Part shown: positions 21,850 to 30,481 of the stretch, one piece after another
How positions within the stretch are numbered: position 1 is the first letter of the stretch
Layout: each line of letters begins with the position of its first letter
DNA from: Acidobacteriota bacterium
Lineage (GTDB): Bacteria > Acidobacteriota > Terriglobia > Acidiferrales > UBA7541
Length of the DNA: 64,000 nt
NCBI GenBank assembly: GCA_003224055.1
Contig: QHYE01000060.1
Coordinates: 739-64,738 of the forward strand
Direction of reading: 5' to 3'
Program-made: the position numbers and the translations under genes
The notes under the pieces: model-generated
Databases searched by the model: none
What the model was told of the DNA's origin: nothing
Seen by the model: the letters and a program-made list of their open reading frames with translations, nothing else

Positions 21850-23250
21850 ATGAAGAGAATCGCAGTCCTGTCCGCCGTTATTTTCTTTTCTGCTGCTGCC
21901 TCGGCACAGCAAGCTCCCCCGGCCGAGCCGAAGAAAGACGTGCCCGCCACCCAATCTTCAGTCGCAGCGTCGGAAGAAACGCGCATGAAGACTCTCGAGG
22001 ATCAGGTGCGCACGCTGGCCGAGCAAGTAACCTTGCTCCGAGGCGAGCTGAAAGCGATGCGCGACGCGAGATCCGTTGAACCGCGCTCCGAAGAACCCAT
22101 TCTGCTTACGGCTGCACACGTCGCACCGGGCATTTTGGCTCCCTCCGCGCCCGCCGCCGTCCCAGCTTCGCCTGAGCCTGCCCTACCGCAGGCCACTCAG
22201 ACTCAGATTTTTGGAGGCGCCTCGTCCAACGCCAAACTCCTCAACCCGGACATCAGCCTGATTGGTGACTTCATCGGCGCCGCGGGACGCAACAACGTTT
22301 CTCCCTCGCCCTCGCTCGAATTGCACGAATCCGAAGTCGGCCTGCAAGCCATCATCGATCCCTACGCGCGCGCCGACGCTTTCATTTCCTTTGGCGAAAC
22401 CGGCGTAAACGTCGAAGAAGCCTATGTGACCTTCACCTCTCTTCCCGCCGGGCTTCTTCTGAAAGTCGGCAAAATGCGCGCGGAGTTTGGCAAGGTCAAC
22501 ACCATTCACAACCACGCCCTGTCATTTATCGATCGGCCGCTCGTGACCAACAATCTTGTCGGCGGCGAAGACGGTATCGATGACGCCGGCTTCTCCCTGT
22601 CGCGTTTCTTGCCCGCGCCGAAAGACTGGTTTTTCCAAGGGACGGCCCAGGTTTTCCGCGGCGATTCCGACGATCTGTTCCAGGCTAGGCGCCGCCAGGA
22701 CCTCAGCGTTGTTGGCCACCTCCGCGCTTACCGCGATCTCAGCGAATCCACCAATCTCGATCTCGGCGTTTCCTACGCTCGCGGCCACAACAATGCCGGT
22801 GTCGGCACCACTTTCGATCCTTCTAGATTTCTCACCAATCTCTACAGCGTCGACGCCACACTCCGTTGGAAACCCCTGCGTCGCGCCATTTATCACTCCT
22901 TCTTATTCCGCAATGAATTTTTCTGGAGCGCGCGCGACCAGGTTTCTCCCGCCACTGTTTTCCAGACCGAGCATGCCTTCGGCCTCTATTCCGACGCCGA
23001 ATACCGCGCCAACCGCCGCTGGACCATCGGCGGCCGCTTTGACCGCAGCGGTCACGCCGCCAACGCAAATCTGACGGATACCGGCTTTTCCGCTATCCTC
23101 ACCTACTGGCCCAGCGAGTTCAGCCAGATCCGCGGCCAGTACCGCTTCGGGCATCTCGCCGATCCGGTCACAACCAATTATTCGAACGCCAACGAATTCT
23201 TGTTTCAATTTCTCTTTGTGATGGGTGCGCATGGCGCGCATCCGTTCTAA
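21850..23250 (+). CDS. outer-membrane beta-barrel (porin-like) protein with N-terminal coiled coil
   Basis: Signal peptide MKRIAVLSAVIFFSAAASAQ and a heptad-like segment MKTLEDQVRTLAEQVTLLRGELKAMRD. Alternating beta-strand pattern, ending ...GAHGAHPF with a terminal Phe. A GAGGAG SD lies 7 nt upstream. Confidence 0.7.
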   Translation: MKRIAVLSAVIFFSAAASAQQAPPAEPKKDVPATQSSVAASEETRMKTLEDQVRTLAEQVTLLRGELKAMRDARSVEPRSEEPILLTAAHVAPGILAPSAPAAVPASPEPALPQATQTQIFGGASSNAKLLNPDISLIGDFIGAAGRNNVSPSPSLELHESEVGLQAIIDPYARADAFISFGETGVNVEEAYVTFTSLPAGLLLKVGKMRAEFGKVNTIHNHALSFIDRPLVTNNLVGGEDGIDDAGFSLSRFLPAPKDWFFQGTAQVFRGDSDDLFQARRRQDLSVVGHLRAYRDLSESTNLDLGVSYARGHNNAGVGTTFDPSRFLTNLYSVDATLRWKPLRRAIYHSFLFRNEFFWSARDQVSPATVFQTEHAFGLYSDAEYRANRRWTIGGRFDRSGHAANANLTDTGFSAILTYWPSEFSQIRGQYRFGHLADPVTTNYSNANEFLFQFLFVMGAHGAHPF

Positions 23251-23272
23251 AAGATTTTTCTGGAGACCCTCT

Positions 23273-24232
23273 ATGCAACGCACAACAACTCACACTCGTA
23301 TCAACCGTGTCAGCGCGCTTGCGGCCGCCTTCCTGCTCGTCCTCGCACTCGCCGTTCCGTCTGCGGGCCGCGCCGAAAGCAAACTGCAAATTATGACCGC
23401 CACTACGGACCTCGCCTCCCTGGCCCAAGAAGTCGGCGGCGACAAAGTGGATGTCGAATCCATCGCCCGCGGCTATCAGGACCCGCATTTCGTGGAAGCC
23501 AAGCCTAGTTTTCTGCTCAAGCTGCGCAGAGCCGATCTGCTCATCGTCGTCGGCCTCGAACTCGAGATCGGCTGGCTCCCGCCGCTCATCACGCAATCCA
23601 CTAATCCGAAAATCCAAGTCGGCGCACCCGGCTATCTTGACGCCTCGCGCTTCGCCAAGATCCTCGAAATCCCCACCGGCCAGGTGACTCGCGCCGAAGG
23701 CGACGTCCACCCCCTTGGGAATCCGCATTACTGGCTCGATCCGGAAAACGGTTTGCGCATCGCCAAGGGCATTCAGAACAAGCTCAGCGAGATGCGTCCC
23801 ATTGACTCTGCCTATTTCGCGCAGCGCTACGATTCGTTCGAACAGCGCCTGAAGCAGGCCGACCAACGGTGGCTGGCCGACATGAAGCCCTACGCCGGCC
23901 GCAAGATCGTCACCTATCACCGCTCCTGGCCGAACTTTGCGGAACACTTCGGCTTGAATGTCATTGGATACGTTGAGCCGCGGCCCGGCATTCCTCCCAG
24001 CCCCCAGCACACTGTGGAATTGATCGCGCAGATGAAGCGCGATGGCGTCAAACTCATCATCGTTGAGCCCTACTTCGATCTCAAGACGCCCAACAGTGTC
24101 GCGCGGCAAACCGGCGGTCAGGTCGTCGTTCTCACGCCCTCGGTAGGCGGCGAAAAAGAGATCACCGACTATTTCAAGCTGTTTGATTACGACATTGCTA
24201 AGCTCAAGCAAGCCTTTGATACCGTTCACTGA
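23273..24232 (+). CDS. metal (Zn/Mn-type) ABC transporter substrate-binding protein, ZnuA/TroA family
   Basis: ATTDLASLAQEVGGDKVDVESIARGYQDPHFVEAKPS...EGDVHPLGNPHYWLDPENG...VTYHRSWPNFAEHFGL...IIVEPYFD. Confidence 0.88.
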   Translation: MQRTTTHTRINRVSALAAAFLLVLALAVPSAGRAESKLQIMTATTDLASLAQEVGGDKVDVESIARGYQDPHFVEAKPSFLLKLRRADLLIVVGLELEIGWLPPLITQSTNPKIQVGAPGYLDASRFAKILEIPTGQVTRAEGDVHPLGNPHYWLDPENGLRIAKGIQNKLSEMRPIDSAYFAQRYDSFEQRLKQADQRWLADMKPYAGRKIVTYHRSWPNFAEHFGLNVIGYVEPRPGIPPSPQHTVELIAQMKRDGVKLIIVEPYFDLKTPNSVARQTGGQVVVLTPSVGGEKEITDYFKLFDYDIAKLKQAFDTVH

Positions 24233-24296
24233 TTCGAACGTTCCGCTGAACGCGCAAAAAACAGTTTGACGCTCGTTCGAAGGAGATGAAATCGCG

Positions 24297-25157
24297 ATGC
24301 TGGAATTCTTGCTGCCCGCTTTTGTAGCGAGCCTTATTCTTACAGGGATTCATGCCTATCTCGGCGTTCACGTGGTCGAACGGGGCGTCATCTTCGTGGA
24401 CCTAGCGCTCGCGCAGATCGCCGCGCTCGGCGCCACCGTCGCCATCGTTGCCGGCATGGACCCCCACGGCCGAGGCGCCTACTGGATCAGCCTGGGGTTT
24501 ACGTTCCTCGGGGCCGCGATCTTCGCGCTCGCGCGCAGCCGCCGCGGCCACATTCCCCAGGAAGCCTTTATCGGCATCGCTTACGCTGTTGCTTCCGCCG
24601 GCGCAATTCTTCTGATGAGCAAGGCGACCGGCGAAACCGAGCACCTGAAAGACATGCTCGTCGGCAATATCCTCGCCGTCTCCTGGGCCGAAGTGAAAAA
24701 AACCGCCATTCTCTATGGTGCCGTCGGCATCTTCCACTATATCTTCCGCAAAAAATTCCTGGCCATCTCCATGAATCACGCAAAAGCTGAGCAAGCGGGC
24801 CTCAACGTGCGCTTCTGGGATTTTCTCTTTTACGCTTCGTTTGGTTTTGTCGTGACGTCTTCCGTCGCCATCGCCGGCGTCTTGCTGGTTTTCTGCTATC
24901 TTATCGTCCCCAGCGTCGGCGCTATGCTCTTTGCGGACCGCATCGGCGCGCGCCTGGCTATCGGCTGGACCATGGGCACGCTAGTTTCCGCTCTCGGCGT
25001 CTATCTCTCCGCCCAAATCGACTTGCCCACGGGCGCCACCATCGTTGTCACGTTTGGCGGCGTCCTCATCATAATGTTCCTGGTCCACCTGCTTCTGCAT
25101 CACGGCCGCGAAGCTCGCCAGCTCGAAGGCGCAGCGGCTGCCCAGCGCGAAATCTAG
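24297..25157 (+). CDS. metal ABC transporter permease (ABC-3 / ZnuB-type)
   Basis: Multi-pass membrane protein, [45 protein letters not shown]..., the typical ABC-3 permease N-terminus. Confidence 0.88.
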   Translation: MLEFLLPAFVASLILTGIHAYLGVHVVERGVIFVDLALAQIAALGATVAIVAGMDPHGRGAYWISLGFTFLGAAIFALARSRRGHIPQEAFIGIAYAVASAGAILLMSKATGETEHLKDMLVGNILAVSWAEVKKTAILYGAVGIFHYIFRKKFLAISMNHAKAEQAGLNVRFWDFLFYASFGFVVTSSVAIAGVLLVFCYLIVPSVGAMLFADRIGARLAIGWTMGTLVSALGVYLSAQIDLPTGATIVVTFGGVLIIMFLVHLLLHHGREARQLEGAAAAQREI

Positions 25158-25200
25158 GATTCGCGCGCTCGATCAAACTCTTCGTCGTATTTTTTCGCTG

Positions 25201-25776
25201 CTATTTCGCGGGCTGCGCCGTCGGCGGCAAAATCCCGTTCAACCGCAAATAAATCGCCTGCGTCGCATAGTGGTCGGTCCAACTGCCACCCAGCGCCACC
25301 AGCGCCCCTCCCCGCGAAATCGGCCGGTTGCCGAACAACACGAATTGCTCCCCCAGTTTCGAATCGTCCACCTTCGCCAGCGCCGCCGTGCAAAACGCAA
25401 AGGAGTCCTTCACCGCCGCCACCAGCTTGTCCTTCGCATCCGTCTCCGCAATCTTCACGTCCGGCGCCGTCTGCCCGGAAATCTTCGCACAGAACGTATT
25501 GTTCGATTGCGCGATGTGCATCACCAGGTGCCCGAACGAATTCATCTCTGGCGAAGGCTTGAAGCCATACTTCTCCGCCGGCATCGCTTCGGCTGCCGCC
25601 ACCATGTTCTTCTCATATCGCCCCACTCCCGCTTTCACAAAGCCACTCACCGGATTCGACACCGGCGACAGGTCTGGCGGCGGACTCGCCGCTGGTGCCG
25701 CCTGCTGCGCAAACGCACTGCCCGCCGCCATAAACACCGCCATCACCGCAACCAGCAAACTCACGCGTGTTGTCAT
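25201..25776 (-). CDS. DinB-family (four-helix-bundle) protein with signal peptide
   Basis: [24 protein letters not shown]...[16 protein letters not shown]...[17 protein letters not shown]. Confidence 0.7.
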   Translation of the reverse strand: MTTRVSLLVAVMAVFMAAGSAFAQQAAPAASPPPDLSPVSNPVSGFVKAGVGRYEKNMVAAAEAMPAEKYGFKPSPEMNSFGHLVMHIAQSNNTFCAKISGQTAPDVKIAETDAKDKLVAAVKDSFAFCTAALAKVDDSKLGEQFVLFGNRPISRGGALVALGGSWTDHYATQAIYLRLNGILPPTAQPAK

Positions 25777-25923
25777 TTTTTCCTCCCGGCAAAATCCGCT
25801 CGAAAAGCATACGCCCTCCACAACTCTCCAACAAGCGTCACCTGCGCCCAGCCATTTTTCGGTTCACGGTGCCACTCCTATTTCCATTTCTTTGGAAACA
25901 TTTTCGCTCACGCCGCGTCTCTA

Positions 25924-25941
25924 CCTATAGCTATCTATAGG
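25924..25941. promoter_or_regulatory. inverted repeat overlapping the padR SD, candidate PadR operator
   Basis: CCTATAG-CTAT-CTATAGG has perfect 7-bp arms and ends 7 nt before the padR ATG. A second inverted repeat, TTTCCA-TTTCTT-TGGAAA, lies at 25881-25898. Confidence 0.45.
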
Positions 25942-25947
25942 AGCTCT

Positions 25948-26280
25948 ATGCTCAAGCCCAAAAACGACCTTCTCCAGGGCACCCTCGCCCTCCTGGTCCT
26001 CAAGACCCTCGCTCGCGGGCCCATGCACGGCTACGGCATCACTCTTCACATCCAGCAGGTTTCCGAAGACATCCTCCGCGTCGAAGAAGGTTCCCTCTAC
26101 CCCGCCCTCCACCGCATGGAACAGGACGGCTGGGTCAGCGCCGAGTGGGGCATGTCGGAAAACAATCGCCGCGCTCGCTACTATCGCCTCACTGCCGCGG
26201 GCCGTAAGCAGCTCGCCGCGGAAGAACTCGACTGGCAACGCCTCACGCAAGCCGTCGCCCACGTTCTCAAGTTCGCTTGA
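25948..26280 (+). CDS. PadR-family transcriptional regulator
   Basis: [85 protein letters not shown]. Confidence 0.93.
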   Translation: MLKPKNDLLQGTLALLVLKTLARGPMHGYGITLHIQQVSEDILRVEEGSLYPALHRMEQDGWVSAEWGMSENNRRARYYRLTAAGRKQLAAEELDWQRLTQAVAHVLKFA

Positions 26281-26303
26281 GCGGCACGAAAGGAAGGTGC
26301 ACC

Positions 26304-28970
26304 GTGTCCTGGATCACTCGCCTGCGAGGCATGTTACGAAGGGAACGCTTGGATCACGACCTCGACGAAGAGCTGCGTTCGCACATCGAGATGCGCGCCG
26401 CCGATAACCTCGCCGCCGGCATGTCCCCTGAAGCGGCGCGCTACGAAGCGCAAAAGCGCTTCGGCAACACCGCGCTCCTCAAGGAAGACACTCGCAACAC
26501 CGACATCGTCGGCTGGGTGGACGTGGCCGCTCGCGATTTTCGTTACGCGCTGCGCATGCTGCAGCGCAGCCCCGGCTTCACCGCCGTCGCCGTTCTCACT
26601 CTCGCCCTCGGCATCGGCGCGAACACCGCGATTTTCTCCGCCATCAACTCCGTTCTTCTTCGCCCGCTTCCGTATCACGATCCGGGCAGCCTGGTGATGG
26701 TCTGGGAAACCAATTCGCAGCACCCCAAGCCCCACAACACCGTCTCTCCGCCGAATTTCCTCGATTGGCAAACCCGCAACACAGCTTTCTCAGACATGGC
26801 TTACATCGCCGACGTGCGCAACAATCTCACCGGAAATGGCGACCCCGAGGAGGTCGTCGTCCAGGCCGTCTCCGCCAATTTCTTTTCCGTGCTCGGAGTC
26901 AATCCACTCCTCGGCACCGGGTTCACCCCGGAAAATGGCCAAGCCGGTCACGACAACGTCGTCATTCTAAGTTACGGCCTTTGGAAGGATCGCTTCGCCG
27001 GCGATTCCGCCATTGTTGGCAAATCCATTCTTCTCAATGGAAAACCCCGGGCCGTCGTCGGCGTCGCGCCCCAAAATTTCAATTGGTTCATCAAGGACGG
27101 CTCGCTCACCGGCGCAAAGCCTCGCCTGTGGTCGCCCTTCGTGTTTAAGCAGTCGTTTCACGATCACAAACAAATCGGCCGCTTCCTGACCGTGGCTGCG
27201 CGCTTAAAGCCCGGCGTCACCCATGCGCAGGCGCAGGCCGAAATGACCGCCATCGCCGCCCAGCTCGAACACGAGTATCCCGATTTTGACGGGCATTGGG
27301 GAGTCAACGTCGTGCCGCTGCGCCAGCAGATTTCCGGCGAACTCCGTCCTGTTCTGCTGATCTTGTTCGGCGCCGTAGCTTTCGTCCTCCTGATCGCCTG
27401 CGCGAATGTTTCCAGCCTGCTTCTCGCCCGCGCGGCCAGCCGCGAACGTGAGATGGCCATTCGAACGGCCATCGGCGCAAGCCGCTGGCGCATCGCGCGT
27501 CAACTCCTAATGGAAAGTTTACTGCTCGCCGTGATCGGCGGAGGAATCGGCGTCGCGCTCACCGTGCTTGGCACGAATGCACTCCTCGCCGCGAGCCCGC
27601 ATAATCTTCTCGACCTCCCGTCCGTCTCGATCGATCTGCGACTCTTGACGTTTGCCGCTGCCGCCACCTTGTTGGCGGGCTTGCTCTTCGGCTTTCTTCC
27701 CTCCTATGTATCCGCGCATTCGCAGATCTCCCAAACGCTAAGAGAAGGTGGCCGCGGTTCGTCCACCGGCGAACGCCGCCGCTTCGCAAGGAGCGCCTTC
27801 GTCGTCGCGCAATTGAGCCTCGCGCTCGTCCTTCTCGCCGGCTCCGGTTTGCTGATTCGCAGCTTTGTGCGCCTCGTCGGCGTCCATCCGGGCTTTGATA
27901 CCGCTCACCTCTTGACCTTCAAGGTCTCCCTTCCGCAGTCCAAGTACGCCACGGACAAATTGTGCATGGCATTTTTCCAGCAGTTGCTTGCACGCATCGG
28001 CGCCGTTCCCGGAGTCCGCTCCGTCACCATGGAAAACTATCCGCCACTGACCGGTTTGGGTGCCGCCACCGGCGTCCACCTTCTCAACCAGCCGCAGGTA
28101 GCGCTGATGGATCTTCCCGTGGCGAACGTCCGCGTCGTCGGCCCTGAATATTTCTCCACGATGAGCATCCCTTTGCGTGTCGGCCGTCTTTTCAGTGAAC
28201 AGGAAATGGCGGAGGAAAAGCATGTCGCCCTCATCAACCAGGCTTTCGCGGACAAATATTTGAACGGCGTCAATCCCCTCGGCCAGAAAGCCGTCATCTA
28301 TATGAAGAGCCTGGCGGAGTCCGGCAATCAGCCGTCGGAAATCATCGGCGTGGTCGGCGATGTTCGCCAGATGGGGCTCGACGTCGCCGCGGAGCCCACC
28401 GTTTACTGGCCCATGCCCGAGCTCGTCTATTCGGGAATGACGATTCTGGTGCGCACTTCCAGCGATCCTTTGTCCGTGGTTTCCGCCATCCACAACGAGC
28501 TTCAGCAATTGGACCGCGAACAGCCCATGGCCTCCATCGCCACCATGGACCAGCTTCTCGCCGATTCGCTTTCCCGTGCGCGCTTTACCATGCTGCTTCT
28601 GGGAATTTTTGCCGCCGTCGCTCTGCTGCTTGCCGCCGTGGGCATCTACGGCCTGATCGCCTACAGCGTCACGCAGCGCACCCAGGAACTCGGCATCCGC
28701 ATCGCCCTCGGCGCGCAGCGCCGCGATGTCCTCCGCCTCGTCCTGCGTCACGGAACCCGTTTGACGCTGCTCGGCCTCGCACTGGGAATTGCCGCCGCCC
28801 TGGCGATCACGCGCCTCTTGGCCAGCCTGCTTTTCGGCATCAGCGCCACGGACCCGCTCACTTTCGCCGGTGTCGCCGCCTTGCTCGCGTTCGTCGCCCT
28901 GCTGGCCTGCTTCATCCCCGCCCGCCGCGCCACCCGCGTCGACCCCATCGTAGCCCTCCGCTACGAATAG
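26304..28970 (+). CDS. ADOP-type duplicated FtsX/MacB-like permease
   Basis: VSWITRLRGMLRRERLDHDLDEELRSHIEM...RSPGFTAVAVLTLALGIGANTAIFS, with two MacB_PCD/FtsX halves. I chose the GTG at 26304, preceded by a GGAAGG SD. The track ORF begins at TTG 26277, overlapping the padR stop. Confidence 0.9.
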   Translation: MSWITRLRGMLRRERLDHDLDEELRSHIEMRAADNLAAGMSPEAARYEAQKRFGNTALLKEDTRNTDIVGWVDVAARDFRYALRMLQRSPGFTAVAVLTLALGIGANTAIFSAINSVLLRPLPYHDPGSLVMVWETNSQHPKPHNTVSPPNFLDWQTRNTAFSDMAYIADVRNNLTGNGDPEEVVVQAVSANFFSVLGVNPLLGTGFTPENGQAGHDNVVILSYGLWKDRFAGDSAIVGKSILLNGKPRAVVGVAPQNFNWFIKDGSLTGAKPRLWSPFVFKQSFHDHKQIGRFLTVAARLKPGVTHAQAQAEMTAIAAQLEHEYPDFDGHWGVNVVPLRQQISGELRPVLLILFGAVAFVLLIACANVSSLLLARAASREREMAIRTAIGASRWRIARQLLMESLLLAVIGGGIGVALTVLGTNALLAASPHNLLDLPSVSIDLRLLTFAAAATLLAGLLFGFLPSYVSAHSQISQTLREGGRGSSTGERRRFARSAFVVAQLSLALVLLAGSGLLIRSFVRLVGVHPGFDTAHLLTFKVSLPQSKYATDKLCMAFFQQLLARIGAVPGVRSVTMENYPPLTGLGAATGVHLLNQPQVALMDLPVANVRVVGPEYFSTMSIPLRVGRLFSEQEMAEEKHVALINQAFADKYLNGVNPLGQKAVIYMKSLAESGNQPSEIIGVVGDVRQMGLDVAAEPTVYWPMPELVYSGMTILVRTSSDPLSVVSAIHNELQQLDREQPMASIATMDQLLADSLSRARFTMLLLGIFAAVALLLAAVGIYGLIAYSVTQRTQELGIRIALGAQRRDVLRLVLRHGTRLTLLGLALGIAAALAITRLLASLLFGISATDPLTFAGVAALLAFVALLACFIPARRATRVDPIVALRYE

Positions 28971-28987
28971 TGTAGGAAGGTTCTCAC

Positions 28988-29011
28988 GTAGCGCCGGGCT
29001 TTCCCCCGGTG
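28988..29011 (+). repeat. REP-like element (GTAG + hairpin)
   Basis: GTAG-CGCCGGG-CTTTCC-CCCGGTG, 18 nt after the permease stop. Confidence 0.6.
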
Positions 29012-29020
29012 AGTGGGGGG

Positions 29021-29041
29021 TCCCGACGATTTGTGTCGGGA
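29021..29041. repeat. GC hairpin within REP cluster A
   Basis: TCCCGAC-GATTTGT-GTCGGGA, a 7-bp stem preceded by GTGG. Confidence 0.4.
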
Positions 29042-29067
29042 AGCCCGGCATCTTGCTTCTCGCAGGT

Positions 29068-29099
29068 GTAGTGGCCGGTCTTCAGACCGGTGCTTCTCT
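29068..29099 (+). repeat. REP-like element, CCGGTCTTCAGACCGG type
   Basis: GTAGTGGCCGGTCTTCAGACCGGTGCTTCTCT differs at 2 of 32 positions from the copy at 32575-32606. Confidence 0.8.
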
Positions 29100-29119
29100 C
29101 TTTGTCGTACTTGTGCTGC

Positions 29120-30193
29120 TCACCCCAAATTCTTCAGCGTTTTCTCAATCAACCCAGCCGTCCCCGCATACGGATCCCCCGGGCTGTCCCACTCCATAGA
29201 AAAATAACCCTTGTACTCATGCTTTTTCGCAATCCCAAACGTTCGCGCCAAATCCACATGCGCGATTTTGTCCTTCCCGTCGCCCACTTCCATTTCCTTC
29301 ACATGGGAAATGTTGTACGCGTGACCGAACATCGCATCGATTCCCCGGTACGCATACTCCTCTTCATACGCCGCCAGCGTATTCGCAAAGTCCGGCAGCG
29401 CATGCAGCCATGGGCTGTTCACCTTCTCAATCACCTTCACCAGGAAGAACGGATCTTCGCTGACGGGATTGTCGTTCTCCAGGTTAACCACCACGTTCTT
29501 CGCCGCCCCGTATTCCGCCACGCGCTTTACGCTCTCGACCGTTCTTTCCAGGTCCGGCTTCGAATCCTTCGCACGTGGAATGTTCGTCCGCACGCTCGGC
29601 GAACCGATCGCCACCGCCGCATCAATCCACTGTTTGCTGAACGCCACCGCACGTTCCCGTTCCGCCCCGTCCGCTGCATACGGGCTGTTCTCGCCGTCCA
29701 CCGCCATGTTCACAATCGCCCCGCCCGCTTTCGCCACCGCCGCGCGCAGCTCCTCGAGGTACGCCTTATCGAGCGAACGGAAATGCTCGCTCCACGGTTC
29801 AATCTTCTTGATATTGAATTTGGCGCTGACGTGCGCCGCGAAATCCTTCAACTCCATCTTCCCGCTGCCACCCCTCCGCGAAGCGGAGGCCCCGTTAACA
29901 ATGTCTCCTCCCGCCCCGCCGGTATTTTGCTGTTGACCGTCGTTTTTTTCTCCCCGCCCGAGAATAAAATCCCGAAACGGATAAGACGCAATCGCAATCC
30001 GCTCCCGCGCCGCCGTAGGAAACTGCATCGCCGGGGAGGCTGCGTGGAACTGCAACGCCGTCCCCAACCCCGAATCCACCGCAAAAATATCCTTCAGCCC
30101 CGGCCACACTCCCGCGCAAGCCAGAACCCCCGCTGCCCTGCCGCTGGCCTCCGCCAAAAACCGCCTTCGTGTTGTGCGTGGATTGTTCGCCAA
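29120..30193 (-). CDS. xylose-isomerase-like TIM-barrel (sugar phosphate isomerase/epimerase family) protein with Tat-type signal
   Basis: MANNPRTTRRRFLAEASGRAAGVLA is a twin-arginine signal. ...VNLENDNP...HALPDFAN...GYFSMEWD is typical of AP_endonuc_2 / XI-like barrels. A Gly/Gln-rich insert GEKNDGQQQNTGGAGGDIVNGASASRRGGSG is present. Confidence 0.75.
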   Translation of the reverse strand: MANNPRTTRRRFLAEASGRAAGVLACAGVWPGLKDIFAVDSGLGTALQFHAASPAMQFPTAARERIAIASYPFRDFILGRGEKNDGQQQNTGGAGGDIVNGASASRRGGSGKMELKDFAAHVSAKFNIKKIEPWSEHFRSLDKAYLEELRAAVAKAGGAIVNMAVDGENSPYAADGAERERAVAFSKQWIDAAVAIGSPSVRTNIPRAKDSKPDLERTVESVKRVAEYGAAKNVVVNLENDNPVSEDPFFLVKVIEKVNSPWLHALPDFANTLAAYEEEYAYRGIDAMFGHAYNISHVKEMEVGDGKDKIAHVDLARTFGIAKKHEYKGYFSMEWDSPGDPYAGTAGLIEKTLKNLG

Positions 30194-30481
30194 AACCGCG
30201 CCAGTCTAGCAGACTCACCCATCACCCGCCATCCACGCAGTCGTTTGCTCGCCAATTTACCCGCTTCCGGTCATACGCACGGCCGTGGTAGCCTGAACAC
30301 ACCCACCCACAGTTTCCAGCCCAATCTCCCGGCGTCGTATCTTGTAAATTGTTCATTTTCTGTCGTCTAGTGGCTGTGCCACTTCCGGAAGTCCAGATGC
30401 ATCGTACATCGAGGAGGTCAAAGCGTGGGGCCATACGGCAGAAATAACACCCGTCGTCCAGGAAGAAAGGAGACTCGAGCG

